From Styela clava (taxonomy: Eukaryota), in NCBI RefSeq assembly GCF_964204865.1, contig NC_135250.1, positions 20,336,001-20,400,000 of the forward strand: a DNA stretch of 64,000 bases. The letters run 5' to 3'. The notes under the pieces were generated by a model. It was given only the letters and a program-made list of their open reading frames with translations, did no database searches and was not told the origin of the DNA. The position numbers and the translations under genes are program-made. How positions within the stretch are numbered: the first letter of the stretch is position 1; each line of letters opens with the position of its first letter. Shown piece after piece: positions 25,900 to 39,509 of the stretch.

Positions 25900-28800
25900 T
25901 TCGCTGTAGAATTTTAACGCGAAATTATTTGGTTAACATATATTTAATCGATATTATTCCTATAAATGTTGTTTCCACATTGCCCGAGCTACAACCTGGA
26001 TGACTCGTATTATTTTACTCATAAATTTTTTATTTAATATATTTTCATTCATATCTATATACGCTTGAGTTAATAAATTATACGTAAATACAGGTTGTTT
26101 TTTTTGTATACGCATAGTGATCTACCTAAACGATACTGCCATTTTGTAAACAGTGAAGTATTACCCATAATATATTATTAAAGTCAGACATATACAATTG
26201 AGATAAAAACATAAAAATAATGTTTCTTTTTGGTTCTTTCAATCAAATCTCGTTTTGTATAAAAGTATACTTATTACACACAAGAAAGTTAGATATTACC
26301 CCTAAATTGAAATGTAGAGTATGGCTGTCATGTTTCGGATGGTGCTTCTGTGATCGTACTAAAACTCTTAGACAAGAGTTAAAAAGAATATCAAACACGC
26401 AACCTCTCTTTCATCGCCGAAATGTTCCGTCGCTGTGTTTATTTTACAGATATTGTAAACGAATGTGTTCTTTTGAACTGTAGGAACTTGTTCCTCCGGA
26501 TTAGTTTTGAGTCATGAAACTCGGTTAACTGTGAACTCGCATTCGTTTACTGTCAGTGTATCTACAATATTAAAACAATTATTTCACAATGTTTTTTCCA
26601 AGAACTTCAGTTATGTGGAATTCACTAACTCATAGCTGTTTTTCTGGTCACATTGACTTTTTTTAAGTATGGCGTCAATCGATACTTACTAACGCATAAT
26701 GCCGCACTTGTTTATTTATAGTCTTAGTAGCTTATGGCAATTTTAGTGGTCGTCCGTAACTGCGCTCAGACATGAATTTCTTCTATTTCTTAGTAAGGAG
26801 GCTTGATCTTGCACTGAGCAAATTTCTAAAGTGTGATTGCCAACTTATTCTTTGAATATTCATTTGGTTATTGAACGTGCATAGATGTTCTATAAAAAAA
26901 TAAAACCAAGACTTACAGTCCATTACATACATTTATTGTCATCATACCATTGTAACATGCCTTAACTGGCATCCAAACTTAATTGACATTTTTTGTTTAC
27001 TTTCATTATGGGCAGTCATGCCTAATGTTGTATTTGTTTACTGTTTAAAATATTTCAGAAACAGTAAACCAGGTCAATTGTTTTTATCTTTTTTGACTCA
27101 TTGATTAACTTAATTTTTGTTCAAATTTTTCTAGTCTAATCTATGTTTTATATGAAGGGGCTAATTCAGAATAATATTTATTACTCACTTTATTCTGTTG
27201 TATATATATTGCTGAATATTTCAATGTATATTATTGTCTTAACGATTATAGTCTACAATTCCCGTATGTCAATTCTATGACTCCAGCATCAAAACACTTG
27301 TTAGTACAGGGACAACATGTTAGCTTTAACACTACAAGTTTCTTCCTGACATAGATTGTCAATATTTTGTTATTTGTTTCCTTGATTGGTATTCTATACT
27401 ATTACAATTTGTGTACTTTTGACATTCAGTTTTAACTTCATCTTGGCACTCATATGCTCACAATCGAACGTTTATTGCACTTTACTATAGCCTACCTATT
27501 TACCTGCCCTGACAACCCTGCAAGTCCGTTTGGTTCGACTTAATAATTTCCATATGGTTACCCAGAGAGTATGGAGTCTAGACTGTGGTGCATAGAGACG
27601 ATTTTCTTTTTCGCTTGGTATTCATTTACCAGGCCGCCTTGACGTATCTATGCGTTTATTTATTTATTTATCAAGTAATATATTTTGTTCGATTTAATTA
27701 TATTTATCCCGTTTCTGTTAGACTGGACGAGGGTGCCGCCGCTCGATAACCAGAATTGGTATTCGGCGTCACCTTTCATTCTGGAATGCGATTTTTCATA
27801 TTTCCTTTAATTTATGTATGTATAGCTCGTACTGTCAGCTTGGTGGAGAAAAAATTACTGATTACTGAAATCTAAACCTTCGTCTGAATCGAATTCCTCG
27901 TATAGTTCGTTCTGGTTGTCACTTTTCACCAGTGGAAACATCAAACTGTTTTCGGCATCTCTTGTTTTGTTTTATACGGGTACCACAGTATAGGATATTT
28001 CTATCGCAACGCCTGGCCCACTTGATGAGCTACATCCTATATCCCAGTTTGTAGCCACTACAAGGTGTTACCGAAATTAGTAAGGAATTACCGCTTGATT
28101 CATAGCACTTATTTAGTTCATTCAATGACTTCAAACACTATAATGTACAATGTAATCTATCCCACACTATATGGAATTATAAATAGAAGCCTCTGAGTAA
28201 TATAATTTGGAATGAATATTAATTAAATCATCTTTAGCTAAACCTATATGCAAAGATAAAAGTCACTCAGTAAATTTATAATATTAAAACCGTAAATAGA
28301 AACGGGAAGAAATAAAACAAAATGGCGCGTAAAAAAGGGGGCGACAACACCATCTTATATTAGGATATAGATATATTAAATAACTATGAAATGAAAAGGT
28401 ATTATTGGGTGCCATTATGGTATCATTAAAGCAGGTTGGAATGTTAAATGAAAGATTTCCTAAAGTTGTGTAGTGTTCAGCATATAATATAGTCAATAAT
28501 AAATAGTTTTTGATTTTGTATTTACTATGTTTGAATTCAAACTTTTCAATTATCATACTATTTTCTCTGTTCTAAGCCCATTTTTAAATTGAATGTCATC
28601 GAAATGATAAATAAAATTATTCTTTCATTTTTATTACAAACAGGTTTAGTATTCTGGAATATAGTAAACATATAAATATAATCATTGGATTCGTTGTTAA
28701 TTAGATAATATAGCTATTATTATTATTTTGAAAGGGGGAAATTATAAGGTAAGATTAAATGGCATATTTTCTTCAAATTCAGGCAAACTTATTTGTTTAC

Positions 28801-31800
28801 TCATATTTAAATTTTTAACTTCTTTAACGGAAAATATGTGGAAAAAGAATAATTATCCCGAATAAGAATGGAACAAATTTCAAATTTAAAAAATTTTGAA
28901 CCGATTAAATTCTGGAACACTCGTATAAATTGAAAACAGGTAAGGGTAAGTGAATGTCGCGGTTTTTATGGAGTTTGAGGTCCTATGCTCCAAACTACCA
29001 AGTTTATAGGTAATCCGGACCTGACTTTGCCCCACCCAAGGTGTAATATATTGTATATAGTCAATGTTGAGAGTTGTCATTCAAGATATCTACTAACCTA
29101 ACGTATACCAATGGGCGTTTATAATGGTTTTTATTCAACCAAAGCCGTGAAAACGTCATATGACAAATTCGTCTAGTCTTGTGCAAAATTTCAATAGTAA
29201 GGCAAAAACAAACTCGAGTTCAATTTATCTTTTAGGATATTATCTTACATATATTCATCAGATGACTGAATTTAAAGAAACTAAAAACAATATATTACAG
29301 ACTTTCATGGCAACTACAACGTTTTGTATTGACTAGGTTTTTCATACAATGATCAATGTAACTGTTGAAAAAAAAATTGTGAGTAAATATATGTACACAA
29401 TTTTAAGATTTTGGTCGTCCTGGAATTTGTGAAGTTTGAACGGAATTGAGCATTTCCAACCATCATGAATAAACTTTCCAGCCCTGCACGTACTATAAAT
29501 TATATACAATATATACCTATATGTCTCATTTCAATTTATTCAAACATGAAATAATAACTCAGAATGAAATACTATTATAAAATAGTATTGAATTTATCGC
29601 ATCCATTCAGACACGTCAGTTTTCTTTGTCTCTTTTCCTCAGTAAATATATATTATTTTTGATAACCGTGAGATGATACTATTGACAATTACAAAATGAA
29701 CTTCTAGTTTCCACTCTAAGTAGAACGGCTGTAGATCACAAATAAAATCAATGAAAGTCTCCGCTAATTATAGTAATAAATAATAATTCAATCATAGAAC
29801 ATTTTGTCTATGATTCATTTGACATTAGTATCATTCCGTACCCAATTAATACTTCAATAAAGAAACTTTAAATGAAAGGTTGAAAGTAAGTTTAGTGCAA
29901 TTTACTTTCTATTGTGTTTTCGTCAAATGCACGTTTTGCACATTATTCAGATTCACAGTCAGTTTAGATATCTTTGATTATTATAGATAGTACCATAATA
30001 TGATTTAATATCATTAATTTGGAATTAATTTTGAACTATGTAATATACCTTATATTATTTATAATTATGTTGATATACCTTTCATGAAATAGGAAAACCA
30101 ATCATATGAACCATAAAACTGCCAACACAATTCCTACTGAAAGAACCCATGACTTGTTGCATTCCATATCGAAAAATCAAAACCATTAAACACGTGAGCT
30201 AAAAAGGGAAAATTAAACTTCTATAATTTACCTATTTGATTATATTAAGCTTGAACTCTATGATTTAAATATTCGCATTTTACACTTAGAGATTCTAGCC
30301 ATGCTATGAAACATATTTTATGATATTGATCCCACAGGTACAATTAGTATTTCTATATTGCATGTTAGCTTAACCAAATCAGATCTCTGAAATGTACTCT
30401 GTGTACATGAACATTTGAATCATTATAAAAGTAATAAATTTTCTTGTTGTTGTTGTTGTTCTTGTTAAAGAATGCTATATTCTACAATTGATCGATAATA
30501 AAATTTAATTTACGTAAACTTGGTTCTGGTTTGTGTCCAAAATACATTGCCGTCTTTGGTCTCGATAACTTTGCAATGCGTAAAATCCTTGTTGTCCCCC
30601 ATAAATCGCCACGTCCGATAGCGAAGTCAAATCAAACTCTTTGTCGTAAACTAAAATAAAAGTCGTTCTAATTTGATAAAAATAATAAATATTTACGTTT
30701 GTTTTGGATCTTAGGACAAAAATGTCTCGGTTTGATTTATTGTTCAAAACTTTGTTCTCAAATACAATACATCTTTATCACATATTACATATTTTTTTTT
30801 ATATTCAACTCATTTCACTGGAATGTGGGATATCTGTACAATAGTTATACTGAATCTATACAAACCTTCGAATATTGTAAAACTTCTTGCAGAACGTGTC
30901 ACGTTATTTGAAGCAAAGCATTGATATTTACTTGAATTTTCTATTTTTGCGTTTTTGATAAACAAAACAGACGTTCCGGCAGATTTTCGATATACTCGTT
31001 CACTGACTTCTTCTTTGACTTCTACGGCATCACGGTACCAACTAAGATTCGGAACAGGAAAACCTGAAGCAGTGCATTCAATTTCCAAATTGTTCTTTCT
31101 GGGATTGTCGTCAAAAACTTTACTTTTCATGGAAAAACTGTAACGAGGTAAAATGGGAGAATTTACAAGAAAAATATTGCTTTTATTTTTTATCAAATTT
31201 TGACCGAATCCTACGAGACCAGATATTTTATCCACATTGCTTACTCGGTGCATTAGGGTATTTTACTATTGGTAACTATCAGAGATTACCAAAGTAATAA
31301 TTGAAAAATTCTGTTGTTATATTGTTTCAACTTACTTTTTTCACATGCAAATTCTAGTTTTTCTTGACAATCGCAGTTTTCCCATCCACTGTGTGTCAAT
31401 TCGACACATTAACCTGTTCGAGGATTTTCGACATCAAACCCAACATTTCTTTCTCGGTTCCCTAAAAATGGGCATAAAGAGTTGTCGGTTATGAATTGCG
31501 TATATTTTTCCGAACAGCATTGAAAAGCTATGTGAACTATTTAGGTAATCGATAAATGATCTGGATATTACATAATTGCTGCGATTAGTTTCTAAATTGT
31601 TAGCCGAAAAGATGGAGGAAATTTTAATTTAGCATGGTCAAAAGATATTAAACAATAAATTTTTATCATAAATATCATTGGAATTATTGATTCTTGCTTT
31701 TTCAATTCACGTCGTATTTTTTCATGAACCCTTTCGTTTTCAATTCTGACAAGTCGACTTCCTTGATTTTCACAAGGCTATTCAAATGTCAATGCTGTTG

Positions 31801-32590
31801 ATGCGCTCGACGAAAAACTGAGTGTTAAATCCGAATAATACGAAGCCGAAATATCGGAAGTATCTGTAAATGAAGTAGTAAGATTAGAATCTTTAAAATC
31901 AAAATTTTTTTTAATTTTTTTTGCGGATTAAGAAGTTTGATAATCCGCATAATAGCCCCGAAGATCGATATAAAAGTTATAATACAAAAGTAAATATGGT
32001 ATCTAGCTTCAATTTACCTATCTGACAAATGTAACCAAAATAATCATCTTAATGTTTGTCGTTTCATGTATGATTTCAATGAGTCAAGCAAGATAGGCAA
32101 AACGTAGAGGTTGACCCGGCTCCCTGAAAACACAAATAAGTTTTATCCGCTTGAGATGTAGATGTGTGTGTGCAAAATGACGACACAATCCTAATTTTCG
32201 GAATCAAAGTATTTTTTACAAAGATAGACTAAAAAACTGCAAAGTTACAAATACTATTGGGGAAAATTATTTATTCAAGGTAGTCGATTACAATAAAAAC
32301 AAATAAAATCTAACCAAATAATAAGATTGATTCGTTCCATCTCACATTAAAATTAATAATATAATCATGAAAATATATGTGATTTGTGAAAATTAATTCA
32401 TTGGCTCCAGGCGGAAAATCTCAACATTTTCTATTATTGATAAACAATCACCAGTTTCTAAATCCAGTATATACGAGTGTTCCATCATCCCATACCCAGA
32501 TGCCTTCATTGTTGAAGCCACTTGCTCCTATCCACACATTTGGGTAACCCCTAATGTTGCAAAACATGTATCAAATTGGTTTATTACAAA
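25900..32590 (-). repeat. Left arm of large imperfect palindrome (inverted copy of ~36597-42170)
   Basis: Colinear reverse-complement similarity through introns and exons; extra blocks at ~26900-27870 and ~28900-29400 are present only in this arm. Confidence 0.9.
30078..32550 (-). pseudogene. 5'-truncated pseudogene of CTLD-CTLD-Ig-TM gene A (exon 3 to TM exon)
   Basis: Exon 3 GYPNVWIGASGFNNEGIWVWDDGT is intact. Exons 4 and 5 are frameshifted with stops, the Ig exon (30866-31138) has TGG>TGA, and the TM exon has an in-frame TGA. No homolog of exons 1-2. Confidence 0.9.
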
Positions 32591-32775
32591 ATTGGTTCAT
32601 TCCACCATGAGTATTACTTCAATTTCTTGTATAGCTGAAAGAAAGCGTTGGCTATTCATGATGATAATATGAATTCGGTTCTAGAGGAAAAAATAAATTC
32701 GTTTTATTTCAAAACTTATATATTATCTATATATATCGTGATATATCTTATTATATAATATTAAATGACAATAAA

Positions 32776-33132
32776 AGCAAGAGAGCAATGTTCCAATATA
32801 TGGACACGAAAGCCCAAACAAAGTAGAACGAGTATGCAATATGTCAAAGTAGCCTACCGGTAGCGTGTGAAGGCGAAACAGCCAAAAATGCACCATTTTT
32901 AATTTTGATGACGTCATCGCACAAAAAAACGAATCAAATGGAGCCCATAGAAAGATTTGGAAATAAAAAAAGTAATAGCCTTCTAGAAAATACAGTCCTA
33001 AACTACTGAAAATATTGAAGCAAATGTCCCATCAGTTATGAGAGCGATTTTTTTACAAGAAGAAAATAAATAATAACAAGAACAAAAACAACATAATAAG
33101 AAAACGATCAATATGTTCACTTCTGTCCAATA
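32776..33132. mobile_element. HINE-like element, family 2
   Basis: CAAGAGAGC...TGGACACGAA at one end and CTTCTGTCCAATAA at the other; homologous to 62627-62960. Confidence 0.65.
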
Positions 33133-35714
33133 AAATGATTTGTTTTCAAAAAGATGTTTCCGCTTCAGGCTTTGCTAGTAGTAGTCATTTGAAAGTGTTA
33201 AACAATCTGCTCAAGAAACTGTGTAGAAATCAAATAATGGATGCGAAAAATTTGAAAAAAGCTTTTCATACTTACCGTTACCGAGTTCCCAATTTACCCG
33301 ATGTTTCTGTATTTTAGCATAATTGAGTAATTAAACAGTATTTGTGGAATTTTATTCTTTATTATCATGTTTTCTATCCAACAGAATTAGTCCAAAAATA
33401 AGTTCCCAATGCGCACAATTTACGAAGGACATTAATTAGATCCTTGGTTATACAGCGGCTATATGTGGTTTTTGAAACTTTGCTTGAAAAGTTTGCATTA
33501 AAAATTTTACAACTACTTACCAGAAAAAAAGATAATTCATGATATGCGCCGGAGTTTCCCAGTAAGTGAAGATTAAGCCGACATTTGAGTTGCTTTGAGT
33601 AATTTTTAAATTCGTTCTAAATCCCGACATTGATTAAAGATAGAAATAACAAACAGAGTGAATTCAGATATAAGGAGGTTTTCCACATTTGTATTTCAGA
33701 TTGTAAGTTAATACTTGCCTGTGTATGATACATTATCATGAGATACCCCGTATTTTTCCTTCGCAATTGAATTTTCATATTGTGATTCTGCAACTTTCAA
33801 CATATGTCTCACAAATTCTTCGTTATTTGGCATTTCCCTAAGACAATTGTGTTCTGAAAAAAAAAACATAAAAATAGTAGCAAAGCAAAGAATTATATCA
33901 CATTCACTGCACCGAATATTCTTAACGAAAACGATTGACCATAAGCTGTGTGGCGTATTTCAAGAAATTCAAAAACATTTAATTATTGTATAGAAGCACT
34001 AAAGACACTGAAGTGGCAAAATTCGTTTCAAAGATTTAACCCTCCCTTCCTATTTATTGTGGCCTATGTAAACTTTTCCAGTTTTGCAATAACCTAAAAC
34101 AAAAAATAGTATTCTAAAATATTCAAAAACGCTCTTGCCTTCTATTATAAAATTTTGTTTGTATTGAGACCGATATTGATGTATGTGCCCCACCCCAGTG
34201 AATGAAAACATTGAACATAAAAAACACGTGAAACATGCCAAAATTTTTTTTTTTTTACGTAGGCAATTCAATTTGTAGAGACGGTCATGAGTTGTGAAAA
34301 AATTTGATGGACGCAAAGAAAGAAAGAATGGAAACTTTACGATGCGGAATATGATGGAAAAGATTTTCAACGCAGATATTTTGCGATCAATGATGAATCT
34401 CTACAGTAAACCTGTACTCTCAATGAGAAATATTGGTTAATATGTGATAACGAAGCAAAATCGCATTATTTTCGAAAGAGGTGGCAGACAAAGTCAAGCA
34501 TACAATGTCCGTTGTCTATAATACTATATAAATACGAAAACAAAATCCTAAAAAAGATTTTGTTGTTCTATTTCTTGTTTATGCATACTGATTCCCGTGT
34601 ATAAATACCAGCTTTACCCTTGATGTAATTTGCAAAGATATAAAATGTATGCTGCTGATAATAATTGCAAAAAAAATAAAAAGTATGTGACATGCATTGA
34701 AATAGCATTTTTAATATTTAGTAGGATATGGTAATACATTTGTATTATTACAGCAATACGAAGTTGCGGCATGAAATGGACAACGTAACGCAATCTCTTT
34801 AATATTCATTTTCAAATACAATAATATATTTTGTTCCACTACCTATTTCAAATATCTACACGCATTGATTCAAATCAAATCAAAAAAGGATATATCGAAA
34901 GCCAACTTTTAATGAGGTAAATGTTTTCTGTTATGTCTATTCGTATTTTAATTGAATGATTTCTATGCGAAATAGTCCTTGGGTATCGTATAGGTCGTTT
35001 ACTAATAAACGGTAATTGTAACAGAAATGTTCAAAACAATCGCTGAGTGTTTGTTTAACTCTTGTCATGAGTATAGTATGACTAATGTTTACCATTATAT
35101 AACCAACAGAGCCGAGGCTAGAATTCGAAGTATATATTATTTCACGGCAAATTTGAGTCATTAAAACCGCAAAAAATTAGAAAATATTCTTCTATGATTA
35201 TTCGCCATTCAAATGGTTTTAAAAGTGAACCCATTTTCGTGAGATGTTGACAGATAGTAAGAACACAAATGAAATCGAGTCTTTGTCGTCAGTGTTTCTA
35301 AGAATTCTGTTTTAGCCTCAAGGTATTAAACTGATTTGCAATATAAAAGCAAATAGGGCACCTCTAATTCTCAGTAATAAAATGATATTTATGTGGAAGC
35401 AAGCTACAAATTTATAAACTGCGCTAGATCAATTTATTTGCGTGTTGTTAACTATAAAAGTGCTGTAATACCTTGTAGAACATCTGCAATCATAAATCAC
35501 CAATTACCTTGGATACGCATTTCACAATAAATTTCACGATAAAAATCTGTCACATCTATCTTAAAACATGTTAATATATTTCATGAGGTATATAAAATTT
35601 TGAAATTTGCTGCCAATTTCAAATTTGCATTTCAGGTTTAGTAAAATGTTTTAAACAATCGTTTATCTGATTTTATTTTAGATTTAAATCATTGTACGCA
35701 TTTCTTTATTTAAA

Positions 35715-38700
35715 ATGTTGTACGGAACCTTCATTTTGCTCCTCGGAATGTTTTCTCAAAGCCGAGCTGGTAAGTAGTCTAGTCAACAATTTCTTTAATA
35801 GTTTATACGACTGCAAATAAGTTATTCTTGATTTATTAGCTGTGTAAAAACTTGTAAATGTAAAGTGCTTGTATATATGAATTTTCATGCTTTTAAAACC
35901 TTTTTACTTGTACCTTCCAAAATAAAGTCACTGATTGATTTGGATCATACCTAACTGTTGTAAATTTTTATTAAACAAATTTTGAAGTAGAGCAAATTGA
36001 ATTAACATACTTTTTCCTACATAAAACTCGTCTTTATCAATCAAAAACAATTTCAATTTTCATTCAAATAGTTCAACGTGAAACGGTTTATGTTCGTAAT
36101 TACGAACTTACCTTATTCACTGGCATTGATGATGCCACAAATCATGTACGTGCTCGGTTAGCGTGTACAGTTTGGAAACCTCGTTCTCACTTGGTTTATA
36201 TCAAAGACGAACAAGTTCAAAATGCCGTCGATGATTTGTTAGAAGCCTGGTAAGTAGGGTCAACTGCTTTTACAGCAATCTGAAATATTTTCTTACATTT
36301 TGGCTATAACTATTTTGTCACAGTGAAGATAATGCATCGTCTTTCTTCAACTGTCTATTATTAGATCTGTGAGGCTAATTCTTTCTTTGACTAATCTTGC
36401 TTCAGAGAGTTGAAGGATATCATTGGATATTCCCATAATGAAGAAGGTTTTATTTCAATTTTGGACTGAACACTCTGTTTTTCGTCACAGCTGTAATCAT
36501 GGAAATTTTTGGTTTCATGTTGACTTAAAATACTAATATAGTTTACATTAGAATTTGAATTTTTAGTCAACATCATTAAGTGGGCAATCGCATATTCTTT
36601 TGTAATAAACCAATTTGATACATGTTTTGCAACATTAGGGGTTACCCAAATGTGTGGATAGGAGCAAGTGACTTCAACAAAGAAGGCATCTGGGTATGGG
36701 ATGATGGAACACTCGTAGATACTGGATTTACAAACTGGTGATTGCTTTATCAATAATGGAAAAATTTGAGGTTTTCTGCCTGGAGTCAATGAATTAATTT
36801 TCACAAATCATATATATTTTCATGATTATATTATTAATTTTAATGTAAGATGGAGCGAATCAATCTTATTATTTGGTTACATGAAAATATATTGTTTTAA
36901 TTGTAATCGACTACTTTGAATAAATATATTCCTCACTAGTAATTGTACCTTTGCAGTTTTTTTAATCTATCTTTGTAAAAGTTACTTTGATTCCAGAAAT
37001 TAGGATTGTGCCGCCATTTTGCACACACACATCTACATCTCAAGCGGATAAAACTTATTTGTGTTTTTAGGGAGCCGGGTCAACCTTTTCGTGTTGCCGA
37101 TGATATGGATTGCTTGGCTCATTGGAATCATACATGGAACGATAAATATTGTCGCCATTATTATGGTTACATTTGTCAGATAGGTAAATTGAAGCGTGAT
37201 ACCATATTCCCTTTTGTATTATACCCTTTATAACGATCTTCGGGGCTATCATGTGGATTATAACTTCTTAATCCGCAAAAAAAATTAAAAAAAAAAATTA
37301 GTTTTGAAGATTTCAATCTTACTACTTCGTTTACAGATACTTCAGATATTTCAGCTTCGTTTTATTCGGATTTAACATTCAGTTTTTCGTCGAGCAAAGG
37401 TAACGCATCAACAGCATTGACATTTGATAAAGCCAAACAGCATTGTGAAAAACAAGGAAGTCGACTTGTCAAAATTGGAAACGAAAGACTGTATAAAAAA
37501 ATACAAAGTGAATTAAAAAGGCAAGAATTAACAATTTTAATGAAATTTATGATAAATATTGATTGTTTAATATCATTTTTTCACGCTCAATTAAAATTTC
37601 TTTCATTTTTTCGGCTAACAATTTAGTAACTAATCGCAGCAATTATGTGATACGCAGATCATTTATCGATTACTTGAAGAGTTCACATAGTTTATCATTG
37701 CTGTTTGGAAAAATATACGAAATTCATAACCGACAAACTTTTTATGCATGTTTTAAGTGACCCGAAAAGGAAATGTTGGGTTGATGTCGAAAACCCTCCA
37801 AAAAGGAAATGTGTCGCATTGACACACAATAGATGGGAAAGTCGCGATTGTCAAGAAAAACTAGAATTTGCATGTGAAAAAAGTAAGTTGAAACAATATA
37901 ACACAGCAATTATTTTGAAAAAATGATCTCGATAATCTCTGATAGTTACCAATAGGGGAAAACCCTAATGCACCGAGTAAGCTGATAGGATTGGCGGATA
38001 AGCAATATGAATAAAATATCTGGTCTCGTGGGAGTCGCTCAAAATTTGAGAAAAAATAAGAGCAATATTTTTCTTGTAAATTCTTTCATTTTACATATTA
38101 AATATGTGAAATCATTCCATGAGTCAATTACTTGCGAGAAATGCAAATTTTTTCAAGAATAACTAACAATCTTCCCAAAACCAACAAGAAATACCAACAA
38201 CAAAAAAATCAGCAAGGCGATTCATAAGTCCCCTTAGTGTCCAGTTATAAAATATTTAATCTTTGTTAAAGTTTTCAAAACCGTAGCTCAAGAATTCTCA
38301 CATTCAAACAAATAATAATAAGAAAATCGAGGAAAAATGATTTTTTATTCGCAAAACAGATACTTAATATCGTAAAACGATGGCTTTGAAAGTTCGTTCC
38401 ATTATTAACCGCGTACCCGTTAATTAATATCCAATACTTTGTTACAGTTTTTCCATGGAATGTAAAAGTTTCTGACGACAATCCCAGAATCACAGAAACA
38501 ACAAATTTGGAAATTGAATGCACCGCTTCAGGTTTTCCTGTTCCAAATCTTAGTTGGCACCGTGATGCCGTAGAAGTCAAAGATGAAGTTAGTGAACGAG
38601 TATATCAAACAAAATCTTCCGGAAAGTCTGTCTTGTTTATCAAAAACGCAAAATTAGAAGATTCCGGAAAATATCAATGCTTTGCTTCAAATAACATGAT

Positions 38701-39509
38701 CCGTTCTGCAAGAAGTTTCACAATAGTCGAAGGTTTCTATATTATATTCAGTATAACTATTGTGCAGATATCCCACATTCCAGTGAAATGAGTTAAACAT
38801 ATAAAAAATTATGTAATATGTGATAAAGATGTATTGTTGTATTTGAGAAGAAGGTTTTGAACAATAAATCAAACTGAAACATTTTTGTTCTAAGATCCAA
38901 GACAAACGAAAATATTTATTATTTTTATCAAACTAGAACGACTTTTATTTTAGTTTACGACAAAGAGTTTGATTTGACTTCTCTATCGGACGTGGCGATT
39001 TATGGGGGACAACAAGGATTTTACGCATTGCAAAAACAGTTATCAAGACCAAAGATGGCAATGTCTTATGCACAGAAACCCGAACCAAGTTTACGTAAAT
39101 TAAATTTTAATATCGATCAATTGTAGAATATAGCATTCTTGAAAGAAAAATTATTGCTTTCATAATAATTCAAATGTTCATGTACACAGGGTACATTTCA
39201 GAGGTCTGATTTGGTCAAGCTAACATGCAATATGGCGATACTAATTGTACCTATGGGATCAATGTCATAAAATATGTTCCATAGCAAAGATAGAATTTCT
39301 AACTGTGAAAAGCGAATATTTAAATCACAGAATTCAAACTTAATATAATCAAATAGGTAAATTATAGAAGTTTAATTCTCCCTTTTTAGCTCACATGTTG
39401 AATACCTTTGATTTTTAGATATGGAATGCAACAAATCATGGGTTCTTCCAGCAGGAATTGTGCTGGCAGTTTTATGGTTCATATTATTGGTTTTCCTATT
39501 TCATAAAAG
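35715..39509 (+). CDS. Gene A: signal peptide - C-type lectin - compact C-type lectin - I-set Ig - probable TM receptor (multi-exon)
   Basis: Exons 35715-35769 (MLYGTFILLLGMFSQSRA), 36072-36249, 36639-36737 (VWIGASD), 37071-37183 (EPGQPF..DC..WND..C..YICQ), 37337-37520 (GC donor), 37758-37882, 38448-38732 (Ig: IECTASGFPVPNLSW..DSGKYQC), 38954-39094, TM exon 39419-39509 (WVLPAGIVLAVLWFILLVFLF). Frame is open through exon 8; 3' structure uncertain, possible last exon 40076-40178. Confidence 0.8.

Noticed and set aside
36391-36804. 137-aa minus-strand ORF
   Set aside because: Antisense shadow of gene A exon 3 and introns.
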